Shown here piece after piece: positions 37,340-48,429 of a DNA stretch of 64,000 bases. The notes beneath the pieces were generated by a model, which did not search any database, was not told the origin of the DNA, and saw only the letters and a list, made by a program, of their open reading frames with translations. The position numbers and the translations under genes are program-made. How positions within the stretch are numbered: position 1 is the first letter of the stretch; every line of letters begins with the position of its first letter. The DNA is taken from contig OZ024741.1 in assembly GCA_964016885.1 (NCBI GenBank), positions 387,996,001 to 388,060,000 on the forward strand. Reading direction: 5' to 3'. This stretch comes from Eledone cirrhosa. Taxonomy: Eukaryota.

Positions 37340-39182
37340 TGTAGCCGGAGGCATTCGACTTACCTTGCGTCTCTCTAGTCCATGTGGGGTACTTTCCGCT
37401 TGTGTCTGTCTTCGCACGTCCGTCACCTTCCAGGGTGTATAGCTAAGACGCCCCTGTTGACCGCCTGGTCCCTCGAGTTGCCCCCGTCCTCCTGCTTCTG
37501 GTTAACCGCCCTCCCACGACAGCTCTACACCCCCTCTATCTCGCGGCAGCCCCACACGCCTCCCTGATCTCAAGGATCACCCCCCCCCCCCCCCCCCCAT
37601 TTAACTGTTCCACCTCAAAATCCGCCATCCACCTAGGTTGGCTGCGGCTCCGTTGCGATCTCCGCACTGTTGGGGCGGCATTTTCATTTTCCTCTTCCTC
37701 GGAGTCCGTCACCACAACGACTCTACGGACGTCCAAGACGTGACGTGGCATTCCGTCCACAGACACGTTGTTTTGGGAATTTATGGGGGTTACCATTCTT
37801 TTTCCCATTGAGATGTGCAACGCGCGTTCGGGGGCTTGACCCATACCTCTTCGCCCACTCGTACGAATGCGCGCTCTCTCTCCACCGGTTGCTGTGGTAC
37901 CGTGCACGGGTGTCGCCATTCATATCTGTATATTGCTCTGTGCGGCACCGACTCCTCGGCCTGTCCCACCCGCGGAGACATGTTGTACCAGAACACTGCC
38001 TCCGTTGGCGAAATATGCCCCCTTTCCGCCATAGCCTTGATCGTGCGATGATGTCTCTCCGCGATCCCATTTCCGCTCAGCCTGTATGCCGCTCTGAAGA
38101 AGCGGTTCACTTTCCACTTGTCAAGCATTTCCCTCAGCGCCTCCGAGCGAAACGCCGTGCTGTTGTCCATCAGCAGTTCATCCACAGGGCCCCACTCCAA
38201 GAATATCTCTCTCAGCGTTCGCACGAATTCCTCCGCAGTCCCTGTCTTCATTTCCCTCCATATCGCCATCCGCCCCGGTCCACAATCGACTATCGAAAGA
38301 TACGTTCCTTGTCGGTAGTGTGTCACGTCCACCGCTAATCGCTTCCAGTTGTGCTCCACCGGGATGCTTCCTGTCTCGTGCACACCCGAGGCAGGGTCGA
38401 TGGACCACTGTCGCAACCTCCGACCACTCACTGGACACTGTCTGCTAACATCAGAGTCGATTCTTCTGGCTAGGAACAGGGTCCTATACACCCCCATGTG
38501 GTGCATGGCGTGCAGTCCCCTCAACTCCGAATCACTCAGTTGACACACTGCCGCTCTCCCCTTCTCTGCGTCCCCTGGCGTTTCAAGCCAGGCTTTCTTC
38601 ACCCTGGTTAATACGTCTGCCCTCTTTTTCTCTGGGGGCACAAAAACCACATTCAACTCCAGGCCGAACTCAGTGGACAACTCTCCCAGAATTCCCAGGC
38701 GGCGCTTTATCAACATTTCTGCTGCCTCTCTCGTTCTCACCCTCCTTTCACTGGTAAGCATTGATCTCACCTATCCGAGTACAGTGCGGATTTCTATGGT
38801 GCGCAGCCCCCATCTCAGGGTGAGATTCACCCCTCTCAGCATAGCACTAGGGGTCACTCTGAAGATAGGGGGCGTCGAAGTCGAGGACGAAGCCTGGCTC
38901 AGGAAGAAGGACTACATCCACATCAACGTGGCCGAAATAGCTTGTAGCCGGAGGCATTCGAACTTACCTTGCGTCTCTCTGGTCCACTTGGGGGTACTTT
39001 CCGCTTGCGTCTGTCTTCGCATGTTAATCACCTTCCAGGGCGTATGGCTAAGACGCCCCTGTTGACCGCCTGGTCCCTCGAGTTGCCCCCGTCCTCCTCA
39101 TTCCGGTCAGGCGTCCTCCAACTTCCGGCAATCCCCCTCCCATGGCAGCTCTACACCCTCTCTATCTCGCGGCAGACCCACA
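37340..39182 (-). mobile_element. Internally deleted Gypsy-type LTR element with both LTRs (37340-37556, 38943-39182) and an integrase ORF
   Basis: TG...CA direct repeats; polypurine tract AGGGAGGCG next to the 3' LTR; near-TSD TTTCT/CTTCT; DDE motifs LAVDVTHY / LMDNSTAF / GIAERHHRT. Confidence 0.9.
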
Positions 39183-39199
39183 CTTCTTGCTTTTTCTCT

Positions 39200-41110
39200 A
39201 CTAGGCCGGGGTCATCCTAAGTTAGAGATCCCAAAGCATCGTCGTGCGTAGAGCCGACCAAGTCCACCAGCGCCCTCCATCGCTGGCAGTCCCGTTCCAG
39301 CTCCTCTGCATCCTCCAAGGTGATGTCGAACCTCCGGTGATCTTACCTGATGATATCCAGCCATCTGGTGCAGGACCTCTTCCAGCTTGTAGCCACTGCG
39401 TCGAACGAGAGTAAAGACCTGGTAGGATGATCTGGTGGAAAGCGGAGGACATGTTCGCACCATCGCATGCGACGGGAAGTTGTGGGCTGATGCGTGCGCG
39501 CCGTTGATGAGGAACTAGTCGGAGTCTTTCCCGTTCACCCGCACGCAGCTCTCGGCATTGCTATAGAGCCGTTGGAACAGAATGGTGATCTTGGGAGGTG
39601 CGCCGACAAGCTGGAGAATTTTCAAGGGGGATGCGTGGTCGTGTTGTCGAAAGCCGCTTTGAAGTCGACGAAGGCGACGTATAGGCAGCGATCTCTACAG
39701 AACTCCCGAGATCCTTCAATAATGAGGCGGATAACAGAAATACGGTCAGCTTCTGATGTTTGGAAGAGCACGTCTAAGGAGGATCTTGGTGAAGACCTTG
39801 CTTGGGATGGAGAGAAGCGTGATGCTCCTGTGTATGTTGCAGACGAGTTTGTCGCCTTTCTGTTTCAATAAAGGGAGAATAATTGTTTCTACGTTAGGCA
39901 CAAAGCCAGCAATTACCCAGTGCATTACTGGTACTTTATTTTATCGACCCCGTAAGGATGAAAGGCAAAGTTAACCTCGGCGGGATTTAAACTCAGAATG
40001 GCAAGGGCCGTAACCCTATGCGTCAAAGCATGGCGTCCGACCCTCTACCGATACTGCCAATCCGAGAATAATGTCTCGGGTTCAGTTATTTGGGAACCGC
40101 TCTAACACCCATACATAGTGATGATACGGGTGAGACACTGGATTATGTTATCTTCACCCGCCTTCGACATCTCCGCTGTGATAGTGCTGATTTCAGGAGC
40201 TTAGAAGTTTTTGAACTTCTTCAGGCCGGCTCTGACTTCATCGGGAGTGACAGCATCACGTCTGTTGAAGCCGTGTCTGCGGTGGTGGTTAGGCTGGGAT
40301 CGATTGGGACTAGTGGTTGATGCAGAAAAATGTTGAATTCCTTCCAGTGTTCGAGGCCGGTGGTTTCAGTGGTGATGACATTGCCATTGGGGTCCTTCAC
40401 CAAGGCTGTCTTGATACAGACACCGCCACGAACTCTGCGGAGTGTGTTGAATACCTGGCAAGGTTGTTGTTCCTTGCTGCTATCTCCAGGCGCTCGGCTT
40501 CTTCCGCCATCTGTGATGGTCTTGTTGCGTATCTGGTTGAGTCAGCGGTACTTATTCATGTCACCGCGCAGGCGAGCCTTGTGGTGACAGTTGATTATCG
40601 TCAGCATCCGCGGTGAAACCCAGCGCTGTTTGGGAAGAGGTCTTGAGTTTACCAGGACGTCACGCGCAGACTGGTTAACGCTTGATTTAAAGATCTCCCA
40701 GTTGTCGATCTCGTCCTCGGCCAAGATGCTGAAGCGATTGGCGATAGAGCATGCACATGTATTGGGATCGCGGAGACAAGATGAGTCAGGGCTGGGCTAG
40801 TACTTGGTGTCAGGGTCCGCTCGCAACTTCAGCCATAGCGTCGCAACCAGCAACCGATGATCAGTATTGCTGAGTTGAGCTCCTCTGTAGTCCCGCCAGT
40901 TGGTTGACAAACGAGCCCCAGAGACGTGAGATGATGATGTGGGCGATTGCCTTCTGGGTATAATAGTCCGGACTGTACCAGGTCCAGTGATGGGTGAGTT
41001 TGCTGGGGAACCAGGTGTTGGTGATACACAGATTGTAATGAAAGAGGAGCAGCAGGTGATCACTGATGTCATTAGTGGATGGATCGGTGGCGGTTGTGCC
41101 AATGTCATTT
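39200..41110 (-). mobile_element. Heavily deleted RTE LINE (fourth family), interrupted by a SINE
   Basis: NTWF..HHWTWYS, TDHRLLVATL, YVAFVDFKAAFD. Confidence 0.75.
39884..40063 (-). mobile_element. tRNA SINE family 1, TSD GAGAATAAT (39875-39883 / 40064-40072)
   Basis: Family match; perfect 9-bp TSD. Confidence 0.88.
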
Positions 41111-41939
41111 GACACAGCGGCTCAACACGGCCCGTAGCGCCTCATTTTTTTTCTTGCATGCAGCCTTCTGCTCAATTATTTTGTCACTGATGTGCTCTTT
41201 CGGCATTTGTTCTTGCTGATTTAATAATCTGTATCGACTACCGTCTAGAAAGGGGGTATTGTAGTGACCTACATTCCGCGGGCTCACATACATTCTCTGT
41301 GCGTGATTTGGCTCAGTTCAGCCAATCAGCGCCAGTAGAAGAGGATGTATCCCTACGCGCCCGGAGGAAGAAATTCCCCGCGAAGATTTGAAGAATCTTC
41401 CTCTTGTACCAGGAATTTCGAACCAGCACACGCATAATGTAACGGTGAGATATTGCACCCTAGCCTCGCCGGCTTAACGGCGCAATGGCACATTCCCTTT
41501 TGTAACCTCTTTTTATCTGTAACTTCAACCATATAAGTTAACAAACATTGTTTGTGCTACATCAAAAATAAACATACATTTCACCTCTAATTTCTGCTGT
41601 TGAAATCATTATTATGTTACTCGTGTCTCAATAACATCTATAATCCATGCTGCTGGAATTGGCGACCTGACGAAAGGGATATTGTAAATACTAAGATGGT
41701 AAATAGATCGAGGGACCTTCCCTCACGTCTATGTCGACAAGATAATCCAACGAGGATACTATCACTTACGACACTGGCAACTAACACCTTTCATTCTTTT
41801 TCTGGCTAAAAACAGGGTTAGTGATTGAAGGGTCGTTAGTTGCCAGTGTCGATGAGTGACTTGTGGATGTGCCTGGGCATGGCTAGTGCCACACCTAAGA
41901 GGCCCGTTCTATATAAATGCAGGACTTTAAATCATGAAC

Positions 41940-42205
41940 GATCGGCGTTCTGGCGGCTCGCCTAACAGAGGTAACTGGTGATGCTCGTGAAGGCGCTTGG
42001 TTGTTCCTGCGCATTAGCCTCGCCATCACTCGAGGTGACGCTGCGAGCGTGCTGGCTTGTCTAAAAAAAGTAGAGGTTTCTCAGTACACCTCACGATATT
42101 ATCTTTTGCTCTGGTAGCGGTTCGTTTGTCCACCTCTTTTGCCTGCCTTTTGTTGTATGTATTATCTGCTTGCGTGTTTTTTTTCTTCTTTTTTTTTTCT
42201 CCTTT
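41940..42205 (+). mobile_element. CRE 3'-end fragment
   Basis: ARLTEVTGDAREGAWLFLRISLAITRGDAASVLACL; inverted homolog of 36150-36430. Confidence 0.72.
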
Positions 42206-42512
42206 CCTGTTTCTATACATTACCAAACACTATTTTATTATGCAGTTGTAATATAAACTTGTTTACCTCTAGGTCAGTCTTGATTAGGTACATTTATGTA
42301 GGCTTGATCATTTCATACATTTTTTATCCGAGCATTTTAAAACTATGACTTTAGGGGGATTTGGCTGCTATTTCTCGAAAGAGATATCGAGGCATATTTT
42401 TTTCTGGAAAGAGATATCGAGGCATATTTTTTTCTGGCATCAGTCCAAATTGTCAAACTGCGTAAAGTAGAGAAGAAAACTCTAATTTAAACATTTGTTT
42501 TGGATAAATAAT

Positions 42513-42700
42513 TGTTTCTACTTTAGGCACAAGGCCAGCAATTACTCAGTGCATTACTGGTACTTTATTTTATCTACCCCGTAAGGATGAAAGGCAAAGT
42601 CAACCTCGGCGGGATTTGAACTCAGATCGTAAAGGGACGTAACTATGCTGGAAAGCATGACGTCCGACCCTCTACCGATACTGCCAATCCACCACCCTCC
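42513..42700 (-). mobile_element. tRNA SINE family 1 in the MRPS18C proximal upstream region, 18-bp TSD
   Basis: TTGTTTTGGATAAATAAT at 42495-42512 and 42701-42718. Confidence 0.9.
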
Positions 42701-42878
42701 TTGTTTTGGATAAATAATATGATTAAATTTTATTTTAAAATGTTAAAGAATAATGTTTGAATTTCTAAACCATTAAAATAATATTTTCAAGGTATATATA
42801 ATAAAATAAAAAAAGAAAGAAATATTTGCGTATTTAACATAAACTTATTTGATAGAGAGAATCTCCGCAGCAATTAAA

Positions 42879-42981
42879 ATGGCGCGGCCTAGTGTTGTCT
42901 ATTTAAGGTCGATGAATATAATACGTTCTGCAGATTTATTGACTCGTATTATTTGCCCTCAAAGGTTGTTGGCGCCTAACA
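42879..42981 (+). CDS. MRPS18C: MRPS18C exon 1 ([34 protein letters not shown])
   Basis: ATG in AAAATGGCG context, A|GTAAGT donor, phase 1. Confidence 0.8.
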
Positions 42982-45900
42982 GTAAGTAAGGTGTTTCTAT
43001 TTATCCATATGAATCTATCTTTTATACTATCTTCTCATTTATATTGTATTTTATCCCTCATATCATTGACTAGGTTTATTGATAAGGTCAGTGCAGACAA
43101 CAAACAGCCAAGTTTATATAAGTAATATTTTCTTCACACACAAAGCAGTCTTTCATCAACATGTAGGCATTAAGATGACATGTTCTCTGTGTTTTTCTCC
43201 AACAAATTTAAAGTGTACCTATGTATAGTTTTTAATTGTGTGAAAAGTGGCTCTCGAAATTTCATTGTAAGGAATGTGAATTTATGGTAATAGCAAGAAC
43301 GACAGTATAAAACAATTGAAGACATGAAGGAAATACAGGAGGGAAAGGACTTGGGAGTGGTGATAGACAGCAATCTGAAATGTAGAGGAGCACTTACCAG
43401 AGTGCCCAACACGTGAATAATCGTATGTGGCTGAGAATTCTACAAACATGTCGGACTTGTCAACCTCTAAAAACCCAAATGGGGAGTACCATGAAAAAAA
43501 GGGCCTCGAATGGGGAAATTTTACATAGTGAAAGCTATGCCGATTTTCACAAGAGAAGACATCTCTGATCCACTCCAAAGTAGGTGGGAGATCTCCCTGA
43601 CGGACGGGGAGAGCCGACAGGTCTGGACATGTGTAGCGAAGTTGATTGTTGTTGAGTTGTGTAGCGATGGAATGAATTGGTTTGTGTTGTTCATTTGAGC
43701 GTGGCAGAGGTTGTAGGAGTTTGTATTGTTATTGGCTTGCTGAGTGATAATGAAGCAGGTAATTATTGTCCCATATATAAGCCTTGTGTAAAAATGCCGA
43801 GGAATAAACAAGTAAAACATGATCGCTACATAAAGAGTTTTTATTAAGAAAATAGCTTACTTCGAAGCTACTATCGATATGACAGGAAAACAACAAAGAA
43901 CCGAGTGAATTGTGTTATGTTGGTTTGTGTGAATGTAGTTGTAATCTGACCAGATGCATGAACTAACCTTAACCGAAGTAGTCCAACCCTGTCGACTGGG
44001 TTGGAGTGTTTGGCTAAACTCTACACCTCTTTACTGCTTGAGCAACTCGAAGTATGTCCTCATCTTCCAACAAACCAGAGATAACTCAACTCTTTAATTC
44101 TGTGCCACACAAAAGACTTATGGCAAAACTCTCTGCAATGGGTGTGAGGGATGATCTTTTCGACTGGCTGAAATCCTTCATTCTCAGCCGAAAGGAAGTA
44201 GTCACGGTTCTAGGACAGCATTCTTCACCATATGAGATGTCATCTGGTGTACCACAGGGATCTGTTCTTGGTCCTCTTTTGTTTGTGGCATATATTAATG
44301 ACATAGATGCCAACTTACAGAATGCCACGGTACTAAAATATGCAGATGACATCAAGCTGTACCTTGAAATCAAAAGGACTGATCCTGAAATTTACAACTC
44401 TTTCCTACAATCAGACCTGGACACAATGCAGCAATGGATCACAGACTGGCAACTGAAGCTGGCTGTGGACAAGTGTACCACCATGCATTTTGGAAGGAAA
44501 AATCCAGCGTCCACATACTCCCTCCACAACACTGACATCAAAAAGTCCTCTTGTGAACGTGACCTGGGCATTACTGTCAGCAGCGATTTGCGTTGGACAA
44601 AGCATGTCTCTAAGATTGTCAAGAAGGCCGAGGGTGTCTTGGCATCACTCATCAAGACCTTTGTTAGCCGCTCTCCAGCCATCTATTTAAAACTGTATAC
44701 AGCTATGGTGCGACCACACTTGGAATTCGCATCATCAGTCTGGAACCCCTATCTTGCTCGGAACATTGACCTCCTGGAAACTGTTCAGAGACGTGCAACC
44801 AAGCGCATACCCTCCATCAGACACCTACCATACTCTGAACGCCTTGCTTCCCTGGGCATGGATTCATTGAAGCTCCGACGTCTGGCAATGGACTTGGTGA
44901 ATACCCACAAAGTTTTTAACCATCTCGCCAACTGCAACCCTGAGCGCCTCTTTGATCTCCATGTGTCTAACACACGTGGACATGCCTACAAGATAAGAAA
45001 ACAGCACAGCTCCCATGACTTTCGCAGACATTTTTTCACGCTCAGAGTTGCTGAAGCATGGAACAAACTACCTGCGTCAATTGTTAGCTGCCGAGACACT
45101 GCATCCTTTAAGACACTCATGCTTCCCGAAATACGCCAAAACTACACCTGATGTGCCCCTTCCATACACATGCACACGTGTGCACTGTTCATTTTACTGA
45201 TGTTTGTGCATTGCCCTATGTACTGTACATGCACTTTTTTGATGGGTTGTGGTGCACCTGGGCACTGTGCACAATATTTCATTATTGTTATTGTTATTAT
45301 ATCATGACTCATACACTGTTTATTTTCCTGACATTTGTACATTATTCTATGTACTATACATGCACCTTTGATGAGTTGTAGTGCACCTGAGCACTGTACA
45401 CAATAATTTCATTATTATTATTTAACCTCAAGTTGTCCAGTCTCTCCATGCCACTGGTGCAAACGTGAGATAAAGAGAAACAGCTCTGCTATGTAGTTTG
45501 GTGGCCACTTGATCAAATAAAATCCTATTGAGAGAGTATAAAATTATTGCAACAAATGTAATTCCTAGGTTGATTCAGTGTGACAAGGTTGGACCATTGA
45601 ATTACTGGTATAATCCACCTGACGGATTTCTACACAGTTCCCATGTATCCAATTTCCCATACTTGCTTATTAGGATGCCTTGTGGATTGAACTCAGAACC
45701 TCATGATTGTGAAGAAAACTTTTTAGCCACTCAGCTATGCCTGCATTGACTGTCAAATACCACTAATAAACTGAGATTATCAGTTCATTTCAACATAATC
45801 TCTCCTTGGAAGAATAAAAATAAAAAATTATATCCCTAAAGCTTAAAACAACCGTTCTTTGTGATATATATATATATATTTTTTTTTTCAGAACTTGTTC

Positions 45901-48127
45901 AGATACCATGTCTGTCTCTAATGACAGTCAAGCGGAAACCAATTGCAGAACGTAGATATAAAGTACCACTAAAGTTTTTACCCAAACATCCTTTGATGGA
46001 GCCACATATAGAACACAAACCTGAAGAAATCACAAAAATTCTAAAAGAATATAATCGAAATGAGGTTAGTAACCCTTAACCCTTTTGTCACCATATTTCT
46101 AATGAAAGTAACTGTCTATGGTTTTCAAATAATTTTGAAAATAATCAAACATTTGAATTCATTTAATATAATATACAAGGGTCAGCTAAAAGGTTCATAG
46201 GTTAACTATGAAGGATTGATGCTAGATCTGTGAAATCTTGCATGCATTAATTTCAACTCTTCTTATTAATAATTGCATTGTTTTTTTTCAGAGACTGTTG
46301 AAAAATAAACCTTATTTGGTCATTCCATGAGAGCGACTTGATCATCATATGAACTTTTCGTAACTAGCTTTCTCAAAAAACAACTTAGAAAATACAGGAA
46401 TAGCAAGAACCATTTTAAGGCCATTTTCATCCTGCTAAAGCAGAAGTGTGAGCCTCATGACTGACTTCTCCTTTTTGTCCTATCTTCTGCATCTCTTTTC
46501 ACCAATACCTTCGCTTTTCCTCCACCTTTAGCCATGTCTTTTGGGGTCTTCCCCTTGAGTTAAAAAACAGTACACATTATTCCTAATCAAAAGAAATTAC
46601 ACTCTATTTGGGTCTTAAGTGTATGGAGGATTTAATTTGTCATTGAGATTATATTAGCCTAATTATTACCCATGTTAATAGTTTCTTCTTGAGTCATCCC
46701 TCCATTGAAGGTGAAGCATTAATTTCCTCCTCCATCTTTATAGTTTAATTTGATATAAAACTAAATAGAATTTTATTGACATGGTGTTGTGTTTTTAATG
46801 TAAATGTTTAAAAGCATTCTCTTTTGATTTCAGCCTGTATCTTCAATGCCAAATCCTTACAGCAAGCCATATAAAAGATGTATTTTGTGTCAACATGATG
46901 TAAAATTGGACTACAAGGTAAGCTATTTTTGAAGAGGTCACACATAAATAATATCTGTATTTGCAGTATATTAGGGATGTGCAATGTTTATAGGTGAAAG
47001 GCAAAGCATAGATGAGATGAGAGAGAGGCTGGGTATATGAGGAATTAGATGTAGTATGCAGGAGAGAAGATTGCACTGGTATGGTCATGTGAATCATATG
47101 GATAAGTATTGGGTGAAGAAGTGCCAAGAAATACCAGAAGAAAAACAAAGAGCTACCATAAAATCCCGGATCAGTAGGACATACCCCTTTAAGAAAACAC
47201 CTTGTACTGAGAGAAACTGTATAGTCTGTATGAAAAGCTCACAGATAAACTGCAAAACTAGAAATGTAGTCAATAGGATATAATGTGCTGAGGGCTGATG
47301 CAAAAACAAGACGACATACATAGGAGAAACAGCCTGTAGCATAGGAGAAAGAGTAAAGGAACACTGGCGAGAACTTGAGGAGAAAAACGAAATATTAAAC
47401 CGAAAATAAGAAAAACAATACATAATGGTAGAAAAGAACGAAATAGATATTTTTATATATATATAAGGAAAAAAGATGAAATGGAAAATGCAACTACATC
47501 TCAATCCTACTTTTGAAAAGCAGAAGAACTGCGAAACCGGTAAAGGAACCAAATAAATATATATTTAAAAAAAAAAAGACTCCAGTTGCATTTTCGATTG
47601 AGATGGAGGGTTTGTGGTTTTTCTCCACAAACATATTACATGTCTATTGTCTCTCTCTGTATATTACATATGTATTGTCTCTCTCTCTGTATATTACATA
47701 TGCATTGTGTTAAGTACCCAGTTCACCCTATCGGTTGTTTTGGTGCCATGCAGTAAATGTAGTTGGCATTAGGAAGGGCATCCAGCCATAGAAACCAAGC
47801 CAGGAACAGTTCTGTATGAGCAAGATGTGGTCACCTGATCTGACTTGTCTCGCAACAGGACAACTCATCAAACCCATGGGGATGATGATGGGTGATGTGT
47901 TGTCTCTTCTGTAATACATATATATTATGTTGTCTCTGTATATTACATATGGCATTTAATGGTAGTTATGCTGTTCACCAATTTCTGACTATATTTTCAG
48001 AATGTACAGTTATTAAGTCAGTTTGTTTCACCTTTCACTGGCCAGCTCTATAATAGATCAATAACTGGTCTTTGTATATCAATGCAAAAAAAAATCGCCA
48101 AACTTGTTAAAACTTCCAGAAGATTTG
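42879..48127 (+). CDS. MRPS18C: Mitochondrial ribosomal protein S18c (bS18m), exons 1-4: 42879-42981, 45892-46064, 46834-46917, 48001-48127; final exon not found in window
   Basis: aaaATGGCG start with an Arg-rich presequence-like N-terminus; phases 1,0,0,1 with GT-AG. Translation includes [49 protein letters not shown], the S18c signature. Confidence 0.92.
44091..45422 (+). mobile_element. 5'-truncated young CR1 LINE with open RT C-terminal frame (MRPS18C intron 1)
   Basis: ORF 44054-45151 closely similar to 21789-22823; 3' UTR has a duplicated GTGCACCTG.GCACTGT.CACAAT motif; (ATT)n tail. Confidence 0.93.
45892..46064 (+). CDS. MRPS18C: MRPS18C exon 2
   Basis: T-tract + cag acceptor, GAG|GTTAGT donor, open frame of 173 nt. 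Confidence 0.82.
46174..46365. mobile_element. Tc1/mariner-like MITE remnant
   Basis: TA+CAAGGGTCAGCTAAAAGGTTCATA ... TATGAACTTTT partial TIRs. Confidence 0.45.
46834..46917 (+). CDS. MRPS18C: MRPS18C exon 3 ([28 protein letters not shown])
   Basis: tttcag acceptor, AAG|GTAAGC donor, CxxC motif. Confidence 0.93.
47135..47570 (+). mobile_element. Penelope-like GIY-YIG endonuclease remnant
   Basis: CIVC...[11 protein letters not shown]....[17 protein letters not shown]. Confidence 0.72.
48001..48127 (+). CDS. MRPS18C: MRPS18C exon 4 ([14 protein letters not shown]...KTSRRF)
   Basis: ttttcag acceptor, G|GTGAGT donor, S18 core motif. Confidence 0.95.
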
Positions 48128-48429
48128 GTGAGTCACAATTTATTTATTTATCTTTAATTCTTCTTTGTATAACTTTGATATACATGTATATATATCATCA
48201 TCATCATCATACGTCCGCTTTTCCCTGCTTGACGGGTCCTATTCAGCACAGCATCTCTCCACTTGTCACGGTCCTTCGTCATCGCCTCCGTGAGATTCAG
48301 CGATCTGAGGTCTGCTTTCACCACTTCCGCGCATGTTTTTCATGGTCTTGCTCCACTGCATTTTCCTTCTACTATATTAGTATTCGGTTCAGTTATTTCT
48401 GATGCTCGTCTATTTCTATGTTTAGTCCT

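Noticed and set aside
44054-45151. 365-aa ORF as a host gene or autonomous CR1
   Set aside because: 5'-truncated CR1; the first ~12 codons come from flanking DNA and there is no endonuclease domain
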